DNA of 63,695 bases, filler included, from Dugesia japonica (Eukaryota): NCBI GenBank assembly GCA_001938525.1. It is 6 parts of 6 records of this genome, joined end to end, with 100 filler letters (N's around TTAATTAATTAA, not from the genome) between each part and the next. Parts side by side here need not be neighbours in the genome. Positions count along the whole stretch, not along the records: positions 23,692 to 35,157 come from MQRL01607482.1; positions 35,258 to 44,429 come from MQRL01633452.1; 4 more parts are not named here. One strand, 5' to 3'. Below the pieces are notes generated by a model, which was given only the letters and a program-made list of their open reading frames with translations, was not told where the DNA came from and did no database searches. A program made the position numbers and the translations under genes. Positions within the stretch are counted from its first letter, which is position 1. Every line of letters starts with the position of its first letter. This document shows, one piece after another, positions 24,875-37,285 of this stretch.

Positions 24875-25949
24875 AAATAGTTTGTATAGATTTATATACA
24901 AGATATGCTTTTTGCATACCGATGATAAATAAAACTCAAGAATCTTTAAGAGAAGCTTATGAAAATATATTTGAAGAAAATAATAGATAAAATAATAAAT
25001 GATAGATAGACCAGATTATATTACGTTTGATAAAGAATCAGCAATAAAATCAAAATACTTTTTATACTTTTTTTAGCCAATATTGACTAAAAATTAACCA
25101 AGTTACTATTTCCGATTAAATAATTGACCATATCTTCCAAAAATTACCTAAACTGGCCAAAACTGAGGAAAAATTTGACCAATTTCACCTAAACCAGTCA
25201 AAAATTGACCACATTCGACCACACCGAGAAAATTTCTGACAAAATTCNCCTAAAAAANTCAAAAATTGACATCATTCCACCTCACCGAATAAATTCTTAA
25301 CTAAACACACATGAAAAACTAAACACCACTTTTAATTTATTTTTAAAAATTTATCCACACTTTTAATTTATTTAACTATTTAATTAGTTCCCACTTTAAG
25401 CTTATTTTTTAAATTTATCTCTTTTAAAGAATTTATCCCCTTGTTAAAAGGGGGAGGGGCCTTTTTATGGATAAAATCAAGAGGGGATATGCGCCACTAT
25501 CTACTATATTGATTTTTGCTGAAAGATTAATAAAAACTTTGAAAAATAAAATGTTTAAATATTTTACTTCAATTGGGAAACTGGATTATAATAAAGCATT
25601 ATTAGATAAAATAGTTAATGAATATAATAATTAAATTCATAGTAGTATTAAATTATCACTAAAAGAAGCATCAGAAAATCCTGATAAAATTAAAGATATA
25701 ATTAATTTACATAATCATAAGAATGATAATATCTTAAATAGATAAAAGTTCCAAATAGGTGATAGAGTAAGAATATTCAAATATAAAAATAAATTTGAAA
25801 AAGGATAAACAACAAAATTTCCCAATAAAATCTTTATAATAACTAAAGTTCATCACACTAAACCAATTACAAATGGAATAACTGATTTAAATAATGAAGA
25901 TATATTAGGAAGATTTTATGATAACGAATTACTAAAAACATCTTTTTAA
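24690..25949 (+). pseudogene. Polinton c-integrase, interrupted
   Basis: AAELHHEYRK, CDIADM, CIDLYTRYAFCIP, AERLIKTLKNKM, EYNN..HSSIK, KFQIGDRVRI, GRFYDNELLK; broken by (TA)n at 24840-24873 and an insert at ~25070-25500. Confidence 0.9.
25070..25500. mobile_element. Non-coding insertion in the integrase with ~10/30-nt subrepeats (MITE-like)
   Basis: Recurrent AAAATTGACC-like units 25075-25290, GGGGAGGGG tract and terminal GCGCCACTA; the integrase frame resumes afterwards. Confidence 0.55.
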
Positions 25950-26641
25950 AATAAATCTTTAATAATCTCTTCTTTTTCTCTATCTAAAAAGATATAATTA
26001 TATTTATCTTTCTAATGATTTCTAATAAAATTGTCAAAGGATAATTTATCCTGTTCGATATTACTAATTTAATCTTGATAAACCATATCTTTATCTCTTT
26101 GATTTAACTTGAAAAATATGAAATAATTAGAATTATTTCTAATTGAGTTTTTATCTAAAGCGTAATAAGTTTGGGATATATAAATAACATTACAATTATT
26201 ATGTCTTCCTCTAGTAAAATAAGATTTTTGAATATCTTGATTTTTCATATTTACTACATCATCAAATATAACTAAATTCTTTTTATTCATAGGAAGATTA
26301 TCACAATAAATAATATCTTCAGGGTTATTAGAAAACGTAACATCAATTTTATTTTCCTCATCTATGTATTCATTTTTGTTAAACTTTGCACGTTCAGACA
26401 TCGAAGATGTCGCTTTTATATAAGAATTAATAATATTTTCTTTCTACCATTCAACAATACTATACGCAGTATTTACTTTATCTGGTATTCTATCTTGATT
26501 AATAATTAATATATTTAAAATAGCTTTCTTAGTAAAATTATTCTCTAAACCTTCTTTTAATATTTGTAATTCAATTTGATTTATAGTTGTAGAATAAAAT
26601 ATTAAATTGTTATAATCCATGAAATTATCTGCTAATAACAT
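25950..26641 (-). pseudogene. Polinton A32-like packaging ATPase, C-terminal part
   Basis: Walker B NLVIFDD, FTRGRHNNCNVIYISQTYY, SIRNNSNYFIFFK. Confidence 0.92.
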
Positions 26642-27562
26642 TGTTGGGTTTTTAGGATTTGTTTATCTGAGTTTAATGTCTGGATGCTTTCTATTTGATT
26701 ACTTCCTTAACTGAATAAATCCGATATACTCCATCTATGGGCATGCCTAAAAACCACAAGCATTTAGTCACCTCTGTGACATGCCCCTCTTCTTCCACGG
26801 GTTCAGCGCGACTTTGTGGTATCGCTCCTTACGTTTCTTTTACAGGAATACCGATTACCACTCACTCATTGGCTTATTACTCGTTTTCATTCAAAACTTT
26901 TTAAATCGATCATAACATCGTCCAATATTACCTTACACCATACTCAGATCTCACCATCAATGCTGAATATTAACCCGTACAATCGTGGATAATAGAATTG
27001 GAATTCATTTATGTCACTAATTTCCAAAGTAAAATATAACTATAAATAATACACTTCTACCACCTAAAACCTGCGGTTGATAAATCAAAAATTAACTTGT
27101 CTTATCAATAAATAATAAATAATTTGAGGCATATTTAATTTTTAGCAGAAATGATCAAATCATTCAGAATAATCTTTGAACGATCTTTTGCCATTCCTTT
27201 GCAAAATGTGGACATCATTTCAGAAATAATTACCGTACGATAAATATATTTTATATTTTTCGCATTTGGTAATTTTCCTTGTGCTCAGTTATGGCATTTC
27301 TACGAACTGCCGAATAAACGATATAAAACAAGCTAAAACGAAAATTGATTAACCCTGCCTCTGCAGCTTATCGTGACCTACATATCACACTTTCACCTCT
27401 TTACTAAAGTTTAGCAAAAACAATGAAAAATTTAAAAATAAATCACTAGCAATTTCTCCAATACAGTTAAATATTTTTTAATTTTTTAATTACACTTGAA
27501 GCCACACTAGCACCACTCAGGACCAGCAAGCTCTTCATTATCTCCCCTTCTTCTCATTCGTC

Positions 27563-27898
27563 TTACGAATGCAACTCGCCTTCTTCACTCTCATCCCCAT
27601 CGGGATCAATCTCCGGCGGTTGGACGTCCTCGGCACTGGCTGTCGATTCGGTCTTCTCAAGGACCGCCATTAACCGATTCCGTTGCGATGTCAGTAACGT
27701 ATTATTGGCTTCGAGGATGGCAATCCGCAAACTGGTCACCTCGAGGTCCGCCCTCAACTCAGTTACCTCTTCTTTTCTTTCTATTTTTTCCTCGCNAATC
27801 ATTTCTTGGACCTCCGTCCACTCAATATAATAGTAACCGTTGCGATCGATGTACGGCCATATGTAGCGTGGTCGCTTTAAATTTCTTCTATTACTCAT
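27563..27898 (-). CDS. LTR-borne coiled-coil protein with acidic tail, function unknown
   Basis: 111-aa ORF, locally GC-rich, heptads VTELRADLEVTSLRIAILEANNTLLTSQRNRL, D/E-rich end; acceptor ttattag just upstream. Confidence 0.55.
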   Translation of the reverse strand: MSNRRNLKRPRYIWPYIDRNGYYYIEWTEVQEMIXEEKIERKEEVTELRADLEVTSLRIAILEANNTLLTSQRNRLMAVLEKTESTASAEDVQPPEIDPDGDESEEGELHS

Positions 27899-29399
27899 TA
27901 CCTAATAAATTATGATTATTTTATCAATTTCCTCTATATATGATAATACATTTATAAAAGAAAATTAAAATTTTCTAAATTAAAATTTATATCGGAGCGT
28001 TCCCTGCCTGACTTTCTTCGGCCTTCGGCCTATTAAATATGGTTCCTTAGATTATAACACGAACCAGGGAAGATACCTGTTGGAAACAAGCATGTCATCA
28101 CTAAACTCCGTTACACTTTCCTTACGAACTACCTGCCTATCGACATTGATAAATTAAGTATAAACTGATAACTAAATCATTCGTTGATCTTTCACAGATA
28201 TCAAAATAAAAAAAATTCTTAATTCATAATTTATTAATTTTATGATTGGAATGGTAATTTCCTTTATCAATTAACAATATTGTATTTTTGTATTTAATAG
28301 GTTAGTACTTGACGAAAAGAATCGATAACTTGTTTTTATTTAACTGGGTTTTATTCTTATGTGAAAAGCTGTAATTAAAGCATTATATATATCTTCGTTA
28401 ATGATTATCAATGCCAGTAAACAATAAAACTACTTGAATAATAATTGTAATCAAATAATCATACTAAAAGTAACTGGGTATAATAAATCCGTTCGACTAA
28501 ATAAATATTAGTAAATTCATTACCTGTTTGCTAAAATCAATTTAACATGTTAATACTAATTCACAAACAAAGTCGCCGATTCACTTCCTCTCAGTTGAAT
28601 TTATTACATCACTATATTATTTAACATGTAACGAATCACATCGATAATGACGATCACACCACTTATAACGATGGACCTAGTGTGCTGGTACTGGCATCGA
28701 TAAACTACTACGATATTTTTATTGCAAATTATGATCTAAAATAACTCTCAATTTAATAACAAAAAAAAAAACTTTGAAGATAAAAAATGGTAAAATTGTT
28801 TATTAACATTTTCAATGATTTTGATTTAATTACAGGCTCGTACTTAACTCCACATTTATAGTCAATTATGATCAACATAATTCGACCACGCAACAATACT
28901 ACTTCTAGAGAAATTTGACAGAACCCCACCTAAACGATTACTCGCAATTGCTGGCATATATTCTCCGCTACTATCGGGCATTACGTAATTATTCATATAC
29001 TGAATTCATTCTCGGGTATTCCCCAAAAAATATAATTTTATTAGTGGAATTTAATTGCGCAAATCTACTAGTGCTCTTCTCAAAATGGGTAGAGTTCTCG
29101 GCTATCTCTAGCTCTTTATTTATCAAATCCGGATTATACTTTTCCTTCCCACTACTCACAATCATCGTCTACCACTCTCATTATGACACTCGGATAATCA
29201 GTTATTTAATATCAAAAATTAATTTTAGTATGCGAATACATTATTGAATAAAATTGAATATTTACTTTTTCCTTTGCAATCAGTGTTTTTTCTGGAAATA
29301 TCTCGGATTAACTGCTGACAATTTTTACTATTTTCTCGAAACAAAATTTATTCTTCAAATAGAATCCTAAAATTTTTCTTTATTCACAATAATTGACAA

Positions 29400-29947
29400 C
29401 AGAAAAATATTTTCACAAAAATTCAAAGTTTATTCTGATTCTTTTCTCCGGGTAACGATGTTTTATTCCTTCACAGATTGACGAGCTCTCATTGCTCGCC
29501 CAATCATCGGTTTGTATTGCAAAATCTTGGAGTCTCATTGGTTCCCGGGAATAGATTTCTCGAATCTCTAAAATCATCACACCACCACTATGCGTGCCTG
29601 CATGCACGATTGATTGACAACGAATTTGGGAAAAACCAAATTCGTGTCGTCATGGAGAATGTCTTCGTTTAACTATCTAGTTTTTCAAGTGAATCAGCAC
29701 TTGGAAAAACCAAAATAAAAGTGACTGGACCAAAATAAATCAACTTCTTAATAATATTAAACGCTAATTAGCGTTATTTATAATAACGATAGTGGGTCGT
29801 AGAGGCCATTTTAATATTTTATTATAGTATTTTATATTATTTTTATTATTTGGCTTATCATTTTCTACTTGTCCATTAAAGTTTCATAGTTGGATCACCA
29901 AATTTGGGTCCTCTACGCCCAATTTTCATTTTTTCTCGTTTTAATAA
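29400..29947 (-). mobile_element. LTR-family segment with palindromic cassette and short ORF
   Basis: 29600-29740 is the reverse complement of 49350-49495; cassette at 29760-29920; probably continues at 31949-32122. Confidence 0.65.
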
Positions 29948-31948
29948 TGTTGGGGTTTTACCTGAGTTGGATGAAAGAAATCGTGGCTGGGGAAAAACAG
30001 CCCTCAGAAAACCCTTTCAAGAATTTTAATCCAATACCCCTCAGTTGCATAATCAGTGCAGAGCGGTTGACCTTCAACCTTTACGGGAGGTTCAGACTCA
30101 TACACCTTTAATTTGGGTTCATTAATTTCCCTTATAGACACAAAATTAGACAAAAGTTATCAAAAACATCTATTAGCATTACAACTTATATGTCTTCCAA
30201 TACATCAGGGTCTAACCACTGAGTCGGGTCAGTCTCCCAAAAATCAAACGCGGCCATATCGTCGTTATCATTCCACTGCGCCCACACAGGGTTTCCCATT
30301 TGGCTCGACAGATCGGCTATGTATTGCTTCAAGAAATCTATCTTTCGTTGTAATATTTGTTTTTTTTGTACTTCAAGAGCCAATGTTTGGGCAGCCGAAT
30401 CACTCTGTTTTTTGACTATTTAATCTAATTTCTTTATTAATCGGTTCCTCTGGGTGAGATGTCTTAGAAGGACTTCTTCGGTCTTGCGCTTTAAATGGCG
30501 TTCTAACAATAATCGACGCATAATCCGGTGACACCTTCGCAAACTTGTCGGGAATACGATTCGTGTCACTAAATGAAAAGTATAGCTAAGTCGGCTTAAA
30601 CCAATTTTAAAACAGAGAAGCAAATTAGAGTTGATACAATTAAAGCAATTTATTAAAGACAATCTAAATCATAAACGCGATAGCTCACGAGCGGTTGGTC
30701 TGGGTACCTTTATCTACCAAAAGTGGGGGCAACGGCATGGCTGTTTTCAACTTCAGGATATTCTCTATTAACTGATTCTCGCGCTCCTGATATGACTTGA
30801 TGAATTCGGTGAGGGATTCGACTTGTGCCTTCCACACCCTTTCCTTCTTCTGGGTTGCTTCTATCTCCGATTTGAAAGTCAAGCACTTCCGTTTATACCG
30901 TTTAACTTTAGCCTCGGCGGTCGCAGTTTCTGCTTCCCACCGCCGTTTAGAGAGTCGGTATAAATCCCATGTAAGCTCGATGTCCTCGCTGGTTTCACGT
31001 AATTTCTTATTCGGAGCTTGGGATCTATTCAAGGAAGAATGCACTGAAAATACAAATACCATGAAGAAGGTCTGACTCTTAACTGATTTATAATTTAATA
31101 AAAGAAGATAGATGGTTTATGGATAAAAGAAAAACGAATAGCGGGTTGACAATGTTTATTCTATGCAACAACAATACACTGAAACCTCTACAATGTCTTC
31201 TTCGGTATTCTCATTGTTACTATTAGAAGCCTCATTTCGGGCACTCCAAAGGTAGTTCTGAACAAAGGCGGATAATTGAGAAGTGGACGGTAACCGGTTC
31301 GTGGTGACGCGTATTAAAGAAGGTCCATCATGCCACAGCCGCTCTACCTGTAGTACGTCAGCAGATCTTTCGAAAGAAAGTGCAGTTGGAGGAAATGCAA
31401 CTCGATCCCTTCTCGGACCACACCAACTATAGTAGGCACTCCTTTCCGTCGCATCCCACTGCCTTTTATCCATTGCGTACTTGGCGGAGACATTGGAGCG
31501 ATCGACTAGAACGCCGGCGTCACGATTATACGGATTTTGGTATCATTTAAATACTGTTCGTCCCGAATGAATATCCAGACTTACCTCCCATTTGAACTAC
31601 ATAATGCCGATTCTGTCTCGTCGGGATGTTCCACCTGGCCTTTCGTTAAACAGTGTGCTAGTAATTGCTTCAATTTAACGGCACGACGTTGTTGTTTGAT
31701 CCAGTGTAGCATATGGCGTAGCTCCGCTGGCATTTGCTAAAAAGAGAAATAAAATAAAATTCTACCTAGAGACACAGAGCTTAGATGTGGAACATCACTT
31801 GGGGACATACAGCAAAGAGTAATACAAACACAAAGAAAAATTTGTTTACTTTCCATTTCACTCATAAGGTTACAAAAGTAACCGGGATGGGCAGGAGAAA
31901 GCCGAAAATGCCAACCATATTAAGATTGTGGACCGCGATCCCTCAATA
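29948..31948 (-). mobile_element. Nested ~2-kb LTR carrying a multi-exon coiled-coil gene
   Basis: Starts TGTTGGGG, probable other end CCCTCAATA, imperfect TSD ATAA/ATAC; minus-strand ORFs 31156-31473, 30685-31062, 30420-30662 and 30186-30383 with GT-AG signals; homologous to 42040-42821. Confidence 0.7.
30685..31062 (-). CDS. LTR-borne coiled-coil exon ending in DKGTQT
   Basis: Open frame after a ttttcag acceptor near 31044; heptads; the homolog at 42060-42136 ends DKATQT. Confidence 0.6.
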   Translation of the reverse strand: MVFVFSVHSSLNRSQAPNKKLRETSEDIELTWDLYRLSKRRWEAETATAEAKVKRYKRKCLTFKSEIEATQKKERVWKAQVESLTEFIKSYQERENQLIENILKLKTAMPLPPLLVDKGTQTNRS

Positions 31949-34401
31949 ATACTAATAACGATACTGATGACGTGATGCTAATAACGCCAAAATCATGGTG
32001 ATGCTGCTACTATTAACTATTACCTTAGATGGTTAATGACTTTTCCACTCTCAAAATATTATGGAAAATAAATATAATTATGATAACAATCTCTTATTAG
32101 CGGTTTTGTTAACGACCCCAGCGTTGACTAGTGACATTACTTATATAATCTTACTCACAGTAATAATATAACTAAAAATTATAATATTAATACTAGGGGT
32201 ACAATAATAACTAAATTAATAAGTTGGATGGATATAATAAAAAGCGGAAGACCAGTGATGCTGGTAGTTTGATACCTTAATTGCTCTATCTCCAACTTCC
32301 TTTACACATTTACTTTATTTAATTGAACTTATCATTATCCATACTAATTTAACAAGTAGCAAATTTTAAATTTTCTGTAATATTAAAGAAATCAACTATT
32401 ATCTACTTGTTTAGGAATCATAGATTTAATTGTAATCATAATATCTTCCATTCTCATTATTCTAAATAAATTATTTTTAAATTTCTGCATATTGTGAGAG
32501 TCACTTAGTAACTGTTACCTTAGTAGAATAGTCTCGTTTTGCTAAACCGTGTGTGGGAACACACAAACAGAAAATTTTTAGACGTGTGGAAACATCAAAT
32601 GGATGTTGAGATTCTCACAATATGCATGCATGTGCAATCGTCTGTTGTGTTGATTCGTTTCCATTTCGGAGTTTGACGATATGCTATTTTATTATTCATC
32701 AACTAATTGAGATAATCAATATCAAGGTATTTATTCCTTATTCATGCCGAATTACAAAAGACACGAAACTACCACTAAATTAATGGAATTTGCCTGAGAG
32801 TGTATTACATTATTCTTATCGTTGGAGATTTAATTATAGAAATTCTGGGATTTATATCTTTTCAGTATTATTGAAGGTAACTATTTTATCTAAATAAATT
32901 ATTAGCATCTTATTTTTCTTCTGTTTTAATCTTAAACCAATAAATAAGCTTTCATATTTAATTACGATACTTGATTGTAGATTAATATTTATAAGTTTGA
33001 GTGTGGCTTTTAAATGATAAAAATTTTGCAAGGCAAAATGTGCTGTCAGCACCATCTTTTAATAATTGAAAATTAGTAGATTGAAAATTATTTTTCATAA
33101 TTTTATTCATCCAATTTAACAGCTTGTGCTCAATTTAGAAAATAAAAAAAGAAATTATTTAATTGGTAATTTTATTAAGAGCATAATGTTTGTACTTTAT
33201 CATTCAATGATAATAATCACAAATAAAATGTTACTTTTTTTCAATGATAAAAAGGCTTCTGCAACAGTGCTCGCAACCGGTAGTGATTAATACAGTCGGG
33301 TTCCTCGGATAACTAATTTTCTGGTCTAGGATCCACTGTTTATTTTTCTTATCTTTGAACTAAGGTTAATTAATGCGCAATGTATTAGAAATTACTAGAA
33401 AGTTTCCTCCTGAAGGTGATTACTTCTTGCCTGATAATAGTTTTCGTAAGTTAACGAGAGTCCGGTAATTGACCAATAAATACGTTGAATTTCTTTTTCG
33501 TTGAAGAGTGGTGTAAAATTTGTTTTTCGTAAGTTGTCAAAATTAATAGTATAAATTTGTTTTTCGTAAGTTGTTAAAATTAACAGTTATTTTCTGCCTA
33601 AACGGGGGTCCTTTTATAGGATTTGACTTACACCCCGACTTCTTCTAGATTTGCTGATTATTTTTAGATCAGCNNNNNNNNNNNNNNNNNNNNNNNNNNN
33701 NNNNNNNNNNNNNNNNNNNNNNNNNNNNNNNNNNNNNNNNNNNNNNNNNNNNNNNNNNCCTGACAATTGTGTCTTTGTTCTATTTTTATTTTTAGCTTTC
33801 TTATTGGCCCGATCTTCAAGACCCTTCAGCAACCTTCCGGATGGTGGTAAGTTTTTCCTTCTTAACCGTTTCAATGCACCTTGTTGTTTTCTTTTCATAT
33901 TTTCTTATCCGGGTTCTTTCCNATTTCCTTGAGTGAAGTTATTCGGGTAAAGCGGATTTTTNAACTAATTTTGCTTCTTTTTATTTTTAAAATTAATTAA
34001 TTTTCTTTTGTTAATTAATTATTTTCCATACTGCCTTTCTTTGTTGTTTATTATTAATTTAATAATTTTCTTAATTTCCAATTGTAAGTTGCTTTCATAT
34101 TACCCGGTTCTTCGTATTTATCTTTGATTTTATTTCGTTCTTTTTTAATGGTGGTTTCGTGCCTGATATTTCATTATTGGTGACTATATTGGTCCGCAAT
34201 TTTTTTGTTGATTCGGCTTTTCAGCCTTATTCGCGTTTAGCGGGTGTTCCACTCCAACAATAATAATGATAATATAAGATAAAATATCTGATCCAGCACC
34301 AATTTTCACTTAATTTTCCGCTTGTTCCCGGATAATTTCCGTATTATTTGGGGATGCTTTACTAGCTCTTTTGCACTGAAATTATGTGTTCTAGCCCAAT
34401 A

Positions 34402-34531
34402 ACATCTTCATTAATATTACGTTCTTTCAACAACCAGAAGAACCAAGGATTAATAATCTAAAATCATTTGGTAAAATTTTATTATTAAATAATGTTTTAC
34501 TTTTGTTCCAAATCGCCAAATCTTTACTCAT
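34402..34531 (-). pseudogene. Polinton A32-like ATPase, N-terminal part (Walker A)
   Basis: MSKDLAIWNKSKTLFNNKILPNDFRLLILGSSGC*K = GxSGxGK P-loop with G changed to stop. Confidence 0.88.
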
Positions 34532-34559
34532 TTTAAGATTTTTAAAAATAATGACTAAT

Positions 34560-34960
34560 ATAACTGAAACTGAATTAATAGATTCTAATACATAAAAATT
34601 GTTTTATTAGATAATAAAAATTATTGGATCGGCAAGAATGTAAAAGAAGCAACTAAAAACGAAGAAGCTAAAGAAGGAGGAATATTACCACTATTAACGT
34701 TAATTCCTGCAATAATCACTGGATTATCTGGTGCTGCTGGTATTGCTGGCAGAGTTGCAACAGCTGTTTCTAAAGCGAGAGAAGCTTTAAAATTAGGTGT
34801 AGAAAAACAAAAGGTTTGAAGAAGAATTAAAGCAATTAAAAGAAGCGAGAAATAAAACTGTTCAACCATTTAAAGGAAAAGTCGTCGTTGAAAGTTATAA
34901 AGGTAACGGAATTTATTTAAATCCTTATCAAGGGAAAGGAATATATAATTTTATAAAGAA
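34560..34960 (+). pseudogene. Polinton small structural/core protein remnant
   Basis: EGGILPLLTLIPAIITGLSGAAGIAGRVATAV and GNGIYLNPYQGKG: GG(I/F)LP amphipathic and GxG motifs like adenovirus-type precursor proteins of Polintons. Confidence 0.65.
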
Positions 34961-35157
34961 TTTAATTAATCAACCAATTTTGCCTGAAAAAACAGTAATA
35001 AATGAAACAGGTAAAAATTAAAACTAGGAGGAATAGTTAAAATAAAAGAATCAAAATATCTTTTAGGAATATACATGAGATATTATTAAATAAATAGATA
35101 TTTAAAAATGTATGAAGATAGAATTACTTTATTAAAACAATTAATCAAAGAACAAGA

Positions 35158-35257
35158 NNNNNNNNNNNNNNNNNNNNNNNNNNNNNNNNNNNNNNNNNNN
35201 NTTAATTAATTAANNNNNNNNNNNNNNNNNNNNNNNNNNNNNNNNNNNNNNNNNNNN
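35158..35257. other. Artificial scaffold spacer
   Basis: N44-TTAATTAATTAA-N44. Confidence 0.97.
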
Positions 35258-35318
35258 TAAAATGATATCTTGCTCATTTTATGCATTAAATTTGCTCATT
35301 TTAATTTTATCTATTCAG

Positions 35319-35648
35319 GTATCAGATAAAGGGGGTGGTATTAGTCGATCTATGATGCCTCTTATTTTCAATTACACATTTACGACAGCTCAATATCAGC
35401 CTACACTTCGCGAAAGTGGCGAAGCTGCTATGGCTGGTTTTGGGTATGGTTTACCGTTAAGTCGTCTTTATGCAAGATATCTTAATGGTGATATGATGAT
35501 AGTATCGATGGATGGTTATGGAACTGACGCTTATGTGTTTTTGAAATTACGTGCTGCAGATGCTGATGAATATCTCCCGGTTTTCAGCCGGTCATCTGTA
35601 ATGAAGCACGCTAATCAGATCAATAATCGTACTGATTGGTCTCGATAG
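35319..35648 (+). CDS. PDK: Pyruvate dehydrogenase kinase, last exon
   Basis: Acceptor attcag; VSDKGGG, FNYTFTTA, MAGFGYGLPLSRLYARY, SMDGYGTDAYVFLK are GHKL motifs diagnostic of the PDK/BCKDK family. Confidence 0.93.
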   Translation, partial: VSDKGGGISRSMMPLIFNYTFTTAQYQPTLRESGEAAMAGFGYGLPLSRLYARYLNGDMMIVSMDGYGTDAYVFLKLRAADADEYLPVFSRSSVMKHANQINNRTDWSR

Positions 35649-37024
35649 AAATGTTTACTTGACTTATTAATTTTTTATAACTCTCCCCATCTTTTAATAA
35701 TTTAAAGTTAAAATATTACTTTATAAAAATTAATCTTTAAAAAAAANNNNNNNNNNNNNNNNNNNNNNNNNNNNNNNNNNNNNNNNNNNNNNNNNNNNNN
35801 NNNNNNNNNNNNNTATTAAATATTCATTTAATGTTGAAATATCAATTTTATCGATCATTTAGATGTGTAAATTCAATAAATAATTTAGTTTAATCTGAAT
35901 TATTTATCATTTTATCTATCGGTTTCAGGGTATCTTAGAATGTTTGTAATTCTAACAGGCATTATTGGGCATAGCTTGACGAGTTCTTGTATTTCTATTG
36001 GGTACTTCGGTTTTATTTGAATTAAACTTTTATGCTTTTAATGATCTTCTTTGAGAATACATTACGTATTATATCATANNNNNNNNNNNNNNNNNNNNNN
36101 NNNNNNNNNNNNNNNNNNNNNNNNNNNNNNNNNNNNNNNNNNNNNNNNNNNNNNNNNNNNNNNNNNNNNNNNNNNNNNTATAGATTGTATCGTAAATTTC
36201 GTGTCTAAAATATCGATATTTTTCCTCTTTTGTCCTGTGAAATAGTTTATAACAATCATATAGTAAGGACAAAGTTTTATATAGTGTATGCTGTTCATTT
36301 GAAATTGAGATGGAAACTCTTTCAATAAATAAGATTTAAATTTTGAAATTTTCATTTCAATATTATTAGATATAACTATTACGATTAAGAAAATGGAATC
36401 TAATTAGGATATTTGCAAAAGAATGTCAGGTTTAGCTGTATTGTAGATTACTAGAAACCAGGAACAACATTTATCATACGAAGAATTATTGTTCAATGCT
36501 GTGTAATACTTAATTTGCTGATTAACATTTAAAAAATAAATTAATAGTATTAAGAAAATATAGGTAATTTATTACATAAAGGTTAAATAGCAATAGTATA
36601 TAGAGAGTGGTGCACTAGATCACAGTGAGTTAATTAATCTCTGATTAGCTACTTACAAATTTTAAGTAGCTAAAAAAAATTTTAACTTTGAATAAGTCAT
36701 TAAGTATGACTCATTTTCGAAAAATTTTTTTTAGTATTTTTCTTTGTTTTAAGAACAAAGCCTCCTGACAGAACTTTTAGAACAAAGATCTTAGGGTGAT
36801 TCAACGGCAACGAATTCATTTTTAAAATGTACTTCGTTACAGATGAGTTTAAAAAAATGAGGCTTACTTCCTCAGTTTAAAAAATCATTGTAGCTTTATG
36901 TATCGATTCATGAATTTCAAATATCTGAGATTTTTTAATTTTATATTTATAATATTCAAATTGAGTTTTTGAAACTTTTAAAATATAAAACAGGTTTTTT
37001 AAAATACAAATTAATTGAATAAAT

Positions 37025-37285
37025 TCTATAAATTATAAAAAATTAATTTGTAAAATTAGGTTTAAAAAATAATTAAATGAATATAATAAAGGTATTTTAA
37101 AATTAAAGTCGATATTATATATTATATTAAATTATAAAAATAATTTTATAGAATTAGGTTTAAAAATAAATAAAGATATATGTAAAATAAAGGTATTTGA
37201 AAATTAAAGTCGATATTTTATATTATGCTAAATTATAAAATTTTAAAAATTATTTTGTAAAATTAGGTTTAAAAATAATTAGAGA
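37025..37285 (+). repeat. AT-rich tandem repeat, ~100-110-nt unit, ~2.5 copies
   Basis: AATTAGGTTTAAAAA...TAAAGGTATTT.AAAATTAAAGTCGATATT recurs. Confidence 0.75.

Larger units (their letters stand above)
26642..34401 (-). mobile_element. 7.76-kb composite solo-LTR-like insertion splitting the Polinton ATPase
   Basis: TGTTGGGTT...CTAGCCCAATA with TSD ACAT (26638-26641, 34402-34405); removing it restores ...LMKM-LLADNF... in frame. Confidence 0.88.
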
